From assembly GCA_963765495.1 (NCBI GenBank), contig CAVXWP010000001.1, positions 160,001 to 224,000 of the forward strand: a stretch of DNA of 64,000 nucleotides, in the 5' to 3' direction. Within the stretch, counting starts at the first letter, position 1; each line of letters starts with the position of its first letter. The notes beneath the pieces were generated by a model. The model had not been told where the DNA came from. It did not search any database and saw nothing but the letters and a program-made list of their open reading frames with translations. Origin of the DNA: Blastocatellia bacterium. Its GTDB lineage: Bacteria; Acidobacteriota; Blastocatellia; UBA7656. The translations under genes were made by a program, and so were the position numbers. This document shows, piece by piece, positions 9,851 through 19,715 of the stretch.

Positions 9851-10075
9851 GGAAGTCTACCTCTCTTTTTTCAGAAGCCTAATACCTTAAACGAAGATAT
9901 CCAAACGCGTGTCGGCTAAAACCTCCGCGCGTGGATACACCTCCTGCAATTGTAAGCACGAAATAGTCTTTATAATGCGATAACCAGACCAACGCCTCTT
10001 AATCTTCCTATTACAAAGCACCCACATCACAATATGACGAAAGTGGAAGAATATTACATATAATCAGAGAAGAGA

Positions 10076-10160
10076 GCCTAACGACAAGTTCAGCGGCGCG
10101 CCGGTAGCTGGTGGAACACGAGATGGTGGAATGCGCATCCGCTGGAATGAGCGGTTAGGC
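10076..10160 (-). repeat. Integron attC site (complete, 85 bp)
   Basis: Minus strand GCCTAAC-cgctcattccagcgga...cgcgccgctgaacttgtc-GTTAGGC. Confidence 0.9.
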
Positions 10161-10198
10161 TTTGAGGCACACGTTACATAGATTCATCTGCTGTACTG

Positions 10199-10723
10199 CT
10201 ATTGCCTTTTTGTTGAAGAAGATTCGAACTCAAGGTTCGATCTCTTAATGTCGATCAGTGGTCCCAACTCATAAACATTCCTGTACCCGTAGTTGTAAAG
10301 GGCGATATATGTCGAAATGTTTAATGATGCAGTCGGTAATTTTGTCGGGAACGGTCCTTCTGCATCCCGGAAGTTGTTATTGCAATAGATGAGAATGGTA
10401 GTCTTCTTGTCGGGAAGTAACTGCCTGAGGCTCTCGACTGTTATGTCGGAGAAATTCAAGTTGATTGCTCCTCTTACGTGGAGTTGATCGTACTTCTGTC
10501 TGCTTCGTGCGTCTAGGATGAAAGTTCCAGCTTTCCGACTTATGTGAATGAAATCTGCTTCTGAGATCCTCCTAGATTCCCGATATTTGGCAGCCTCAAG
10601 CGAGATACGGAGATATCCATCCATATCAATCGCTGGGTTAGTGATGTCAGACTTATCTTGAGCGTTGACGATAGAAAAAAGAGAAGAAATGGTAAACGAA
10701 AGGATCAACACTCGAAATTTCAT
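10199..10723 (-). CDS. Secreted rhodanese-like domain protein (gene cassette)
   Basis: Signal peptide; ILDARS...HVRGAINL...ILIYCNNN; bounded by attC sites. Confidence 0.8.
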   Translation of the reverse strand: MKFRVLILSFTISSLFSIVNAQDKSDITNPAIDMDGYLRISLEAAKYRESRRISEADFIHISRKAGTFILDARSRQKYDQLHVRGAINLNFSDITVESLRQLLPDKKTTILIYCNNNFRDAEGPFPTKLPTASLNISTYIALYNYGYRNVYELGPLIDIKRSNLEFESSSTKRQ

Positions 10724-10811
10724 AAGCAAAATACTCCCAATTGCAGCAGAATAATCTACAGATAAGACGCTCGAAGACCGAGTTTGTTCCAAAAACGTTG
10801 GATTAACGGAA

Positions 10812-10896
10812 GCCTAACGACGAGTTCAGCAGCGCGCCGTGGGCTTCGATGCAACTGAGTAGGTGGATGCGCGTCCGCTGGAATGAGCAGTTAGGC
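10812..10896 (-). repeat. Integron attC site (complete, 85 bp)
   Basis: Minus strand GCCTAACtgctcattccagcggacgcg...cgcgctgctgaactcgtcGTTAGGC. Confidence 0.9.
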
Positions 10897-10924
10897 GGGT
10901 GACCAGGGAACAAAACCGCATCGT

Positions 10925-11494
10925 TTAGATTTCTACTTTATCGTATATTTCTGTTAGTGCTAGCTCACAGCCAATCGATACGAGTTCAATCTCGTCTGCT
11001 AGCTTCTTAGTTTCGGCCATAATCCATCGGCCATCAAGTTGCTTTATGAAATGCTCAACATGAGGTTTCTGTTGAGCGATGAGGATATATTCTTTGAAAG
11101 TATCTATCTCGCGGTATTGCTCAAATTTCCCACCACGATCATAATCCTTCGTCGAGTCGGAAAGCACTTCTACAATAAGTGTTGGGTTTATCAATGTGTC
11201 TTTCTGTTCATCGCTAAATTCTGCTTTATCGCAGACAACAATCACGTCAGGATAAGTGTAAAGGCCCGCCGGGCTAACCCTTACGCGTAAATCTGTGGAG
11301 TAGACTGTACATGGGCGACTCTTAAGCTGTGATCGCAGTTCAGATACGACATTCGTAACGATTAGAACATGATTTGGACTAGCACCCCCCATTGCAAAGA
11401 TTTCTCCATCCAAAAATTCGTTTTTGGAATCAGAGTTTCTTTCAAAGGCCAGATACTCATTTGGTGTAAATTTTGTCCTCGGTTGTGAAGCCAT
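10925..11494 (-). CDS. Uma2 family endonuclease (gene cassette)
   Basis: YTYPDVIV...NPTLIVEVLSDSTKDYDRGGKF. Confidence 0.9.
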   Translation of the reverse strand: MASQPRTKFTPNEYLAFERNSDSKNEFLDGEIFAMGGASPNHVLIVTNVVSELRSQLKSRPCTVYSTDLRVRVSPAGLYTYPDVIVVCDKAEFSDEQKDTLINPTLIVEVLSDSTKDYDRGGKFEQYREIDTFKEYILIAQQKPHVEHFIKQLDGRWIMAETKKLADEIELVSIGCELALTEIYDKVEI

Positions 11495-11552
11495 ATCTCC
11501 CCCCCTAAACTCCAAAGAGTACATGTGAATTCTACCACTATCAACATTGTTC

Positions 11553-11563
11553 GCCTAACGACG
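11553..11563 (-). repeat. attC R' half-site, truncated next to the ISKra4 remnant
   Basis: gcctaacgacg is identical to one end of the attC at 10812 and the attC at 17887; the rest is absent. Confidence 0.65.
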
Positions 11564-11570
11564 TAGGGCA

Positions 11571-12281
11571 GGGTGTAATTAAAAATGGGACTCAAGCATG
11601 GATAGATTCCACAAATACAATATCCAAAAGAAAGGAATCCTATCCCACTATGACCTTAGTTGATGAGATTATAGAAGCTGTCACCCAGTGGAGCCAACAG
11701 CTTGAGCAATTCCAAAAACTCAATCCCCTAGAAGCGAGCAAGGTTTCTGTCTTGGAAGAAACTGCTCAACAATTGGGGCGTAAAGTCGCTCTCATCGGCC
11801 TTCAACGCTCTATCCATCAGCCTGATCCCTGTGCCGTCCCTGCTTCATTTGATTGCCAGTGTGAAGTTGGGCGACTCTCCTTCCAGCGATTGGCTCAACG
11901 TCGTGTTCGCACTCTTGTCGGCGAGATTACTTTCTCAAGACCTTATTACTACTGTCGAGAGTGTGGGGCCAGTCGTTGCCCTTTCGATGAGGAGTTGGGA
12001 CAAAGCAAGAGAGAAATATCGGCTGGCCTTGAGCGAGCCTTATCCTTGTTGAGTGCACATCTATCTTTCTCAACAGCAACACTTGTCTTGCAAGAGATAG
12101 GTAATGTGAAGCTCTCAAGCCGACAAGTCGAAACTGTGGCAGAAACAGTAGGAGTGGATGCGATCTTAGCGTTGAGATGTTGGATACTCAATGGGAGACT
12201 CGATGAGTTACGACCAAAGCCAGGAATAGTAATCGAGTGGGCTAAAGCTGCCTGACGCTGCAACTTTGACTTCGTGCACCC
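11571..12281 (+). mobile_element. Internally deleted ISKra4-like element (ORF 11650-12255)
   Basis: GGGTG...CACCC ends; RTLVGEITFSRPYYYCRECG N-terminus fused directly to the C-terminal AILALRCWILNG; DDE core missing. Confidence 0.7.
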
Positions 12282-12320
12282 ATGCACAAGCCGGCAATTT
12301 GTCTATTCGCTTCTATATGC

Positions 12321-13634
12321 CTATGTTCCGCGAACACGTTTCTTTTGCCCTTCTTTTCTTAGAAATAGGATGTACACGCCTTCAAGAATTCCCGACAAGC
12401 CAATTAGTCCCGCCAGTACCCAAAGCTGCGAGGGGCTGTTCCGTAATACGTAGCTCATTAGGGCTAGAAGCGCAGCGGCGCAGAACAGGACACCGCAAAC
12501 AGCGAGCAGTCTGTTGCTTTTCGCTTCTTTCCACTTAACCAGGTTGGCAAGGTTGACGAGCGCAAAAATGATCAAGAAGCTTGCGCTAGCCATCATCGAG
12601 ATGCTGGACAGGTCAGCCAGGTTCGATAAGGTCAGCGCTGCTCCAGACGTGATTAGCAGGCCGACGGGCTGGTTCCAGACTTTGCGCTCGAAGTTTTTTG
12701 GTAGCTCTCCCTCGACAGCAATGGAATAGCTTAGACGAGCAGCGCCGTACAGGGTCGAGTTGAGGGCGGAGAGGGTTGCCAGTACGGCCGTAATCCCTAC
12801 CAGCGTGAACCCAAACTGCCCTAGCGTTGGTCTTGCCGCTTCGGCCAGAGCGAAGTCTTGTGCTGCTGCAATCTTATCGGGTGTCAACGAGCCAACGACA
12901 ATCAAAGCGATCAGGACATAAAGCAGTATCACAAACAGTACCGTGAAGTAATAAGCCCTTGGAAGGGTTCTGCGATAGTCTTTTACGGATGCGGCAGTAT
13001 TTGCTATAAGCTCAAACCCTTCGTATGCAACGAATATGATCATCCCGGCGCTCACAATCGACAGCACCGACGGCCAGCCACTCGGCTTTATGCGCTGCGG
13101 CTCTATGGCGCTAAAACCCAAAGCTACAATTAGCACGAGGATGACGACCTTCAGGGCGACGATATATGTCTCGGTCTTGCTGACGATTACGGCACTCAGC
13201 AGATTGAGGGCAGTTGGTAGGACGATTCCGGCAGTTATCAAGACATGACTCATTGCCGATGTCTGCAAGTGCTGGGGAAGAAACGTTGCAGCATAGTTCC
13301 CAAAAGCTACTGCGTAGAGGGATAGTGTGACGATGTATCCCAGCCACAGGAGCATGTTGCTGGTGCCCGTAAACCAGCCGATGTTAAACGCCTTGTCGAT
13401 AAAAATAATGGTTCCCCCATTATTGGGGTACGCAACCGAGAGTTTGGCGTAAGAATAGGCAGTTAGTAGGGCGACGCAACCTGCCACCACGAATGCTACT
13501 GGCGTTGCGCCCCCAGCGAGCACGGCTGCCAAACCTAAAACTGCAAAGATGCCACCGCCGACCATCCCGCCAACGCCGATTGCCATGGCTCCGAGAAAGC
13601 CTATCTGCCCCTCCTCAACTCTTCGGGTATCCAC
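12321..13634 (-). CDS. APC family amino acid permease
   Basis: GGMVGGGIF, FVAYEGFE, about 12 TM helices. Confidence 0.9.
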   Translation of the reverse strand: MDTRRVEEGQIGFLGAMAIGVGGMVGGGIFAVLGLAAVLAGGATPVAFVVAGCVALLTAYSYAKLSVAYPNNGGTIIFIDKAFNIGWFTGTSNMLLWLGYIVTLSLYAVAFGNYAATFLPQHLQTSAMSHVLITAGIVLPTALNLLSAVIVSKTETYIVALKVVILVLIVALGFSAIEPQRIKPSGWPSVLSIVSAGMIIFVAYEGFELIANTAASVKDYRRTLPRAYYFTVLFVILLYVLIALIVVGSLTPDKIAAAQDFALAEAARPTLGQFGFTLVGITAVLATLSALNSTLYGAARLSYSIAVEGELPKNFERKVWNQPVGLLITSGAALTLSNLADLSSISMMASASFLIIFALVNLANLVKWKEAKSNRLLAVCGVLFCAAALLALMSYVLRNSPSQLWVLAGLIGLSGILEGVYILFLRKEGQKKRVRGT

Positions 13635-13835
13635 GATAAGTTCCTACGATCCTTGTTGATGTCATCCAAGTCGACGCGAGTGTTCTATCATGTTGGTGAC
13701 GATACTTAAAGCAATTTGTTCTTGGGGCGTAGCATCGCTCATCGTCGAATCTCTCTCTTATTGGGCCTGGAGAGTCCCAAGCTAGGGGACCGAGTCGGGT
13801 CGAAAGCGGACATCGCCTTTGTCACAGGAAACGCC

Positions 13836-13919
13836 ACCTACGCCGAGTTCAGCGGCGTGCTGTCGTGAAAGGGATAATAAAACGGTGGCACGCGCGTTCG
13901 CTGGAATGAGCAGTTAGGC
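13836..13919 (-). repeat. Integron attC site with a mutated R' core
   Basis: Same body as the other sites (ctggaatgagcagttaggc; gagttcagcggcg). R' reads GTAGGT on the minus strand, lacking one T. Confidence 0.8.
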
Positions 13920-13985
13920 TCAGCTTTGACCTGTTCCTCACATGTTCAGCATAAGTATGTTTAACGGATAGTCACTTATTGAATA

Positions 13986-14684
13986 CTATTTCTTCCCGAA
14001 CAGGTGCCCCAATGATTGGAACATATCTGTATAAAAATTTCCTCCGATCTCCCTGACAACCTCGAAGGGTAAATGAGGCGCTCCAAAAAACGGACGCAGA
14101 GTCCAAGCCAATTGTGTTCCTACAAATGCAAAGAGTATTAGCCATAATCTTAGAAACATGCGTCGAGTGTGCTGCGACTGAGTCCCATCTTCCGATAATT
14201 GGACATACATGCGATTGAAAAATAAGATCCCTAACATTCCTGAAACTGCGAAAAATACAACATTTATTATCTTGAAAAACTGATAACTGCGAGTCGTCAC
14301 AATGAAGAATAAAGTGATTGGTGAGAAACCGACAAGCGCGAGGCCAATGATCGTGCTGCCTGTTGACAACAATACAAATGTTTGAAGAATGGACCGTTTA
14401 GACCCGAAGAAAGAACTGAAAATGAAGAGTGTAGGCATGCAGATTGCAGTGGTCAACAAGAATAACAACGGAAGTTTGATACAAGATGAAATGGATTGGA
14501 GGAGGCTATGCTGGCTTCCGATAATCGCGCCATAAATACCAAATGATGCAGAAGCAATTGCATTTAGCTGAACCAGCTTGCGCTTCAAATTGACACCATC
14601 GGCAATTTCCTTCACAAATGGATCGCGATTCTGGAGAATGGAAATGAGAGTTTTCATAAAAAAAGCACCAACAATGAATATCAA
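13986..14684 (-). CDS. Multi-pass membrane protein (Yip1-like; gene cassette)
   Basis: KLPLLFLLT..IC.P...W...FVGTQLAWTLRPFFG; 5 hydrophobic segments. Confidence 0.7.
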   Translation of the reverse strand: MIFIVGAFFMKTLISILQNRDPFVKEIADGVNLKRKLVQLNAIASASFGIYGAIIGSQHSLLQSISSCIKLPLLFLLTTAICMPTLFIFSSFFGSKRSILQTFVLLSTGSTIIGLALVGFSPITLFFIVTTRSYQFFKIINVVFFAVSGMLGILFFNRMYVQLSEDGTQSQHTRRMFLRLWLILFAFVGTQLAWTLRPFFGAPHLPFEVVREIGGNFYTDMFQSLGHLFGKK

Positions 14685-14792
14685 TAGCAGTTAAACATGT
14701 AAGTAAGACTAAAAAAGCGAAAAGATTCTATGCATGATAGTTGAGATAATCAAACTGAATAGGTGAATTTATTGAAAACCTTGCGTCATAAT

Positions 14793-14811
14793 GCTTAACG
14801 GGGAATTGAGG
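14793..14811 (-). repeat. Probable attC R' half-site next to the IS110 end
   Basis: Minus strand ctcaattcccc-GTTAAGC at the position expected for the start of the 13.9-14.8 kb cassette. Confidence 0.45.
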
Positions 14812-14825
14812 ACAACCACGCGAGC

Positions 14826-16318
14826 CTACTATGAAAATGTCCGGATGTGGCTCACGCAGCAGGTTGAACCTCTTCAACAGTGACTTTCAATCCCGTTGCT
14901 TCGAGCCGATCAATCAATCGCTTCCTTTGCCTCTCTACATTCTGTTTGTCAAGGTAATCTCCTCCCAACTCTTTATAACTCATCTGTCGTTCGATCACAT
15001 GATAAACAATTACCAAAAGTGTGTGGCCGACTGCCACCAATGCCTTCTTCTTCCCCAGCCGCTTCGCTAGCCTTCTATACTGCGCTGACAGATATGTCTG
15101 CTTTGTATGACTCGCTGCCCACGCCGCTTGTACCAGCGCCTCCCGCACATAGGTATTCCCTTTCGTCGTCTTCCCGCTACGCCGCTTGCCTGCCGATTCG
15201 TTATTTCCCGGACACATCCCTGCCCAACTCGAAATATGGCTGTCTGTCGGAAAGCGATCCATATCCACTCCGATCTCTGAGACTATTGTTTCTGCCACTC
15301 TCTCTCCTATCCCTGGTATTGTTTGTAGCAGTTCTACGGCTTTAGAGACAAAAGGGTCGGCGCTCTCTCCCACCTCCTCGTCAATCTGTTGCTCGACTCG
15401 TTTGACGGCAACTTCTACTTCTTCATATCGGGTCAGTAACTCGCCCAGCACAAAGCGTTGAGATTTCGTCAGTCGGCCTTCAAGAGCACGTTTGAGTTGG
15501 GGACGCTTGCTTCGCATACGTCGGCGAGCAAACTCACTCAACTTCTCGGCATCGCGCTCACCTGCTGCCAGTGCTCGCAACATCTGCCTGCCACTGACTC
15601 CCAAGACGTCGGTGGCGACTTGTCCGAGCTTGATGTTGGCACTCTCGATCAACTTCTGTATGCGATTGGCAATAGTCGCATTCTCTTTAACCAACTGCTG
15701 ACGATAGCGTGTCAACTCTCTCAACTCCCTTATCTCAAGCGGAGGAATGAAGCTGGGCTTTAACAGACCGTGGCGCAGCAAATCGGCCAACCATTCGCAA
15801 TCTTTTACATCGGTCTTACGGCCTGGAATACCTTTGTAGTGGCGGGCATTGACAAGCAAGACTTCTACGTTGCCTTCAAGGATGTTGAAGACAGGCTTCC
15901 AGTAAACACCCGTGCTTTCTATTGCAGCAATCGTGCAGCCTTCGGCTATGAGCCAATCCGAAAGACGAAGTAAGTCATCGGTCATAGTAGAGAAAGTGCG
16001 GACTTCTTTCTTGCCGTGCTTAATGAGGCAAGCGACAACAGTCTTGGCGTGAACATCGAGGCCGCAACAACAAGAATAGATGATCTCCATAGCTACCTCT
16101 TTCTGGCCAGGGCGTGAGAGCCTTGTTAATGAAGAGTCTACTATGCGTGCTCGAAGCAACAGTTGGTGGTGCCAGAAAGGCTCTCAGGTCAGGCTGCTAT
16201 TCGGGCTTGAGGCACCAAGGCTGTACGACCTTATCTGACGCCGCTGACCACAGAGAGTTTAGTCGAACTCGCCCATATTTTCATCATTCGTGGCGAAGCC
16301 TCGCTTCATGACGGGCTG
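14826..16318 (-). mobile_element. IS110-family element (ends approximate)
   Basis: Intact transposase; subterminal inverted ATGAAAATGT (14831) / ATATTTTCAT (16275); about 200-nt noncoding region upstream of the ORF. Confidence 0.8.
14852..16090 (-). CDS. IS110 family transposase (DEDD recombinase)
   Basis: GLDVH, IESTG, KTDVKDC, TIPGIG, ESAGK motifs. Confidence 0.95.
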   Translation of the reverse strand: MEIIYSCCCGLDVHAKTVVACLIKHGKKEVRTFSTMTDDLLRLSDWLIAEGCTIAAIESTGVYWKPVFNILEGNVEVLLVNARHYKGIPGRKTDVKDCEWLADLLRHGLLKPSFIPPLEIRELRELTRYRQQLVKENATIANRIQKLIESANIKLGQVATDVLGVSGRQMLRALAAGERDAEKLSEFARRRMRSKRPQLKRALEGRLTKSQRFVLGELLTRYEEVEVAVKRVEQQIDEEVGESADPFVSKAVELLQTIPGIGERVAETIVSEIGVDMDRFPTDSHISSWAGMCPGNNESAGKRRSGKTTKGNTYVREALVQAAWAASHTKQTYLSAQYRRLAKRLGKKKALVAVGHTLLVIVYHVIERQMSYKELGGDYLDKQNVERQRKRLIDRLEATGLKVTVEEVQPAA

Positions 16319-16605
16319 TGGTGCGGGAATACGGGTCATTCGGAAACGCCCCAATCGCGACGGGCGAGATAGCGCAACAAAGGGTTCACGAAACCCGACC
16401 CTCCTGTCGCGTCGAGTCGTGCCCGTCTCGCCGTTGGCCGCGAGCGCGACCAGATGTGGATTGATCGCGGGTCAAATCAAGCAATCGGTGACGATTGGCC
16501 CCCTCTGAGATTTCCGTGTGACGGCAGATGCATCGAGAGCGCTCTCAATACCCGCCGTGCCGCCTCTAATTGCGTCGATGATGTCCTTGACTCGTAAGTA
16601 TGCAC

Positions 16606-17597
16606 TCAGTGCTTGGGAGATCTCGCGACTGATGAAAGGCAATCCACCAGCCACCGGGCAAGATCCGCCTCGTCGACGATCGACCAAGCGTGCGGGAGGC
16701 GAATGCCGCCGAGGTCCGGACGTACGCCCTTACCATGCGTGACGACGAGTTGCGCTCGGGTGTTACCAAGTACACGTAGCTGGTTGATCATTGCCGCAGC
16801 ATCGACTGCGTTGATGCTGTAGTAGTCGGCTGCGTAGTGATTGATCCAGAAGTCGATGTCCGGCTCCGTATACAACCTCACAGGTGTCGCGCGTAGCAGC
16901 CTGGCGTTACCCCCATCTGGTGCGAAGGCGACGAGTGGCGACGTGCGCCGATATGCATCTGGCACCTCGTCAGGCGACCCGCCAAGGTTACTCCGTAGCG
17001 CCTCAATGATCGCGTGCGCCTCGCTGGATTCTTGTTCGTTGGTCCCGCGACGAATGAGTAGATCCATGCCCCGCCACCACCGTTCGAAGTCGAGCGGTGG
17101 GTCAACACCAAATACTGCGAATGGCGGTGGCGAGTTCGGAAGCGCGCCGGAGATGCAGCGCTCAGCATAGCGTACGGCTCCGGTCCCGCCAGCCGAGAAG
17201 CCGCCTATAGCGACCCGATCTCTCGCACTCGGAGCCGGGACGTCGCGTCGGCAACGATGGCGTCTAGGGCTGACAGCGAGGCATCGTCGAGGTACCCGGT
17301 GCCAGCCGGCGTGGGGCTCACGATGATCGTTGCAACGCCACGTGCCGCTAGCAATCCAGGAAGTTTGGAGTTGGCGAAGGAGTTGACAGTTCCGCCGTAC
17401 TCCGGAAGGAGTACTAGGAGCGCGCGCGACCTCGACGGGCGGAAGAGTCGGTAGCAGTTCTGCGTCGTATCACCGGGTGTCAAACAGATGACTGTGCTTG
17501 CCGACTGCCGTGGCTGGTGCGCGCCCACCGTACTTGCTTGGATAATTAAAGCGAGCAGGCCAAGCCCAAGTGCCAGTCCAACTAGTCGAAGCCCCAT
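16606..17597 (-). pseudogene. Secreted alpha/beta hydrolase, frameshifted near 17215
   Basis: Signal-peptide ORF ends at 17205. The shifted frame continues IAIGGFSAGG (GxSxG)...DPPLD...PHAWS into ORF 16606-17067. Confidence 0.7.
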
Positions 17598-17886
17598 TCG
17601 ATTACCTCCCTTACACGTTGATGTCAAATCTGCTGTGCGCCTGTGTGCTGCGGTGTACGTCGCGCGCGGCGAAAAGGTTGCACGCGTCGCTCGTTCAGTG
17701 AACTACATTTACAAGCCTTTTTACGTGTCGATACGACAGCCAGCAAATTCACCACTACGAGGAAAGTTCGACCCGTGATAGATCTGCAAAACACAGACAT
17801 CCGCTGCGCGACCCCTGGAACCATCAGGGGCAACAGAAGCATGTATGTTAGCGTGCCCGGTTCCGCTTGCAGCACCAAATCGTGCC

Positions 17887-17971
17887 GCCTAACGACGAAT
17901 TCAGCGGCGCGCTAGAGGTAAAGGAATAATGAAACGATGGTATGCGCGTCCGCTGGAATGAGCAGTTAGGC
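17887..17971 (-). repeat. Integron attC site (complete, 85 bp)
   Basis: Minus strand GCCTAACtgctcattccagcggacgcg...cgcgccgctgaattcgtcGTTAGGC. Confidence 0.9.
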
Positions 17972-18043
17972 GGCCTCCTAAATCAATATGTGAAGGAACA
18001 TTGGGATTACCTTCCTTGCTCAAACCTTTCTATTATCCTCTTG

Positions 18044-19251
18044 CCTGAAGGATGGACACATTTGCTAATTGAACGAGTAGCAACAAGTTATAAACCTGTG
18101 GAAGATTTGTTTTGTGAAAAAAGATCAATCTTCTGCTACTCGTTTGCGTGATTATATCACTGCGCTGCTGCCTTCGGCGCACGGACATCAACTTAAAGCG
18201 ATCTGTGATTTCGTCGCTGCGATCATTGAAAATCAAACTGCCAATCAGGCTGAGTTGGCTCGCTGTTTCGGCTCTCAGGAGGCTGCTGTTAAACGCCTAT
18301 CTCGCTTGATTCATAACAAGCGCATCCATCCTGATGATCTTGCTGAGGGCGTTTTGCTTCAAGCCTTGTCTCAATTGCCTAGACGAGGCAAAATCCGTCT
18401 GGCAATTGATTGGACTATTGAAGGCGACCATCACCTGCTCGTTGTTTCGCTTGTGACTGGCTCTCGCGCTGTGCCCGTTTATTGGAGAGCTTACTCTCAG
18501 AGCCTGCTTAAGGGCCGTATGCGCCGCTATGAGGTTGCTGTAATCAAGCGCGTCGTCTCCGGCTTTAACAATCGCATTGGTCGCCGTCGCCTGATTGTCA
18601 CAGCAGATCGTTGGTTTGCGGATGTCGCTTTAGCGCAACTGTTTGAAGATATGAAGCTTAGCTACATTATCCGAGTCAAAAACAGCACGAAGATTTACTA
18701 TGGTGGTCAATGGCAAAATCTCAAGCGAATGAGATTTTCAGGCAATGCGCGAGGTCGCAACTTTGGGCGCTGCAATTACAGAGAGGGTTCTCAGCACAAG
18801 TTGTATGTGAGTATGAGCCGAGCCAAAGACAAGGAAGGAAAGTGGGAGATATGGTATCTGATAAGCAACAACCGCTACAGTGCAAAGCAAGCAGCAAATG
18901 AATACAGCAGACGCTTCGGGTGCGAGCAGGGATTTAGAGATGTGAAATGGGAGAAAGGATTTTCTCGAGCGAGAATAGAGGATGTGAAAGCGTGGTCGAG
19001 GATGTTCGCACTGTTTGCGATAGCGTTGCTGGTAGTAGTAGTGCTAGGAATGAAGTTGTTAGCTAGAGGGAGAAAAGGAGCCAGGGAGTTGCTGAGGAGA
19101 GTAGCGAGGCGAAAAAAAGGAAGATGGGAATTGAGCATCGTGAGTGCAATGGTGAGCCTGCTGAGAATGGATAAAAGCTTGTTTGAGCATCTCACTCCTC
19201 AAGCGAAACTCAACCTCGAGGCTGCTTTATAAAATGTGTCCATCCTTCAGG
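18044..19251 (+). mobile_element. IS4-like element with 20-bp perfect terminal inverted repeats
   Basis: cctgaaggatggacacattt (18044) / aaatgtgtccatccttcagg (19232-19251); no target duplication visible. Confidence 0.85.
18114..19232 (+). CDS. IS4-family DDE transposase
   Basis: LAIDWT, TADRWF, YSRRFGCEQGFRDVK (YREK-like). Confidence 0.85.
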   Translation: MKKDQSSATRLRDYITALLPSAHGHQLKAICDFVAAIIENQTANQAELARCFGSQEAAVKRLSRLIHNKRIHPDDLAEGVLLQALSQLPRRGKIRLAIDWTIEGDHHLLVVSLVTGSRAVPVYWRAYSQSLLKGRMRRYEVAVIKRVVSGFNNRIGRRRLIVTADRWFADVALAQLFEDMKLSYIIRVKNSTKIYYGGQWQNLKRMRFSGNARGRNFGRCNYREGSQHKLYVSMSRAKDKEGKWEIWYLISNNRYSAKQAANEYSRRFGCEQGFRDVKWEKGFSRARIEDVKAWSRMFALFAIALLVVVVLGMKLLARGRKGARELLRRVARRKKGRWELSIVSAMVSLLRMDKSLFEHLTPQAKLNLEAAL

Positions 19252-19325
19252 ATCGCCGGGTAAAAATCAAGGTAAAGGCTCTTGCGCCCGTCTGAAATCT
19301 TCTTTTCTCTGACCGTCACTTTCAT
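19252..19325 (-). pseudogene. N-terminal stub of a tyrosine integrase
   Basis: MKVTVREKKISDGRKSLYLDFYPAI, an arm-binding-domain-like start that runs directly into the IS end. Confidence 0.7.
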
Positions 19326-19348
19326 AATTGCTTATGTCCTTCCCTCTA

Positions 19349-19699
19349 TCACTCAAACAAAGCTTTGAGGCTTGTTCGCTTGATAATGGTTCGGCCTCCC
19401 AATTTGGTTGCCGGGATTTTCCCACTTTGCAGCAGCCGATAAAGACTTGCTCGACTAAGCCCCAACAGGGCACAGGTTTGGGTGATGCTCAGGTATTCTT
19501 TGGCTTGAAGTTCTTCGATAGGTTTATTGCGAACTGTCTGAGTCTCTGTATTTGAGTTTTCGATTTTGGCTTGCCGAACCCTGGCCTTGTAAGCGCGTTT
19601 GGCGCACACATCCCCACAATACTAAGTTACGGTAGTTCTCGCCGTGAATTCGTTTCCGCAATGCTTACAAATTCTTTGAACACGGATACTTGTCGTCAT
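19349..19699 (-). pseudogene. Zn-finger + MerR-like HTH excisionase with a premature stop
   Basis: MTTSIRVQRICKHCGNEFTARTTVT*YCGDVCAKRAY...YLSITQTCALLGLSRASLYRL; TAG at 19622-19624. Confidence 0.8.
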
Positions 19700-19715
19700 A
19701 ATTTCGCCCGCGATT

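Noticed and set aside
10076-17971. Repeats as a CRISPR array
   Set aside because: Units are about 85 bp imperfect palindromes separated by whole genes; no cas genes; they fit attC
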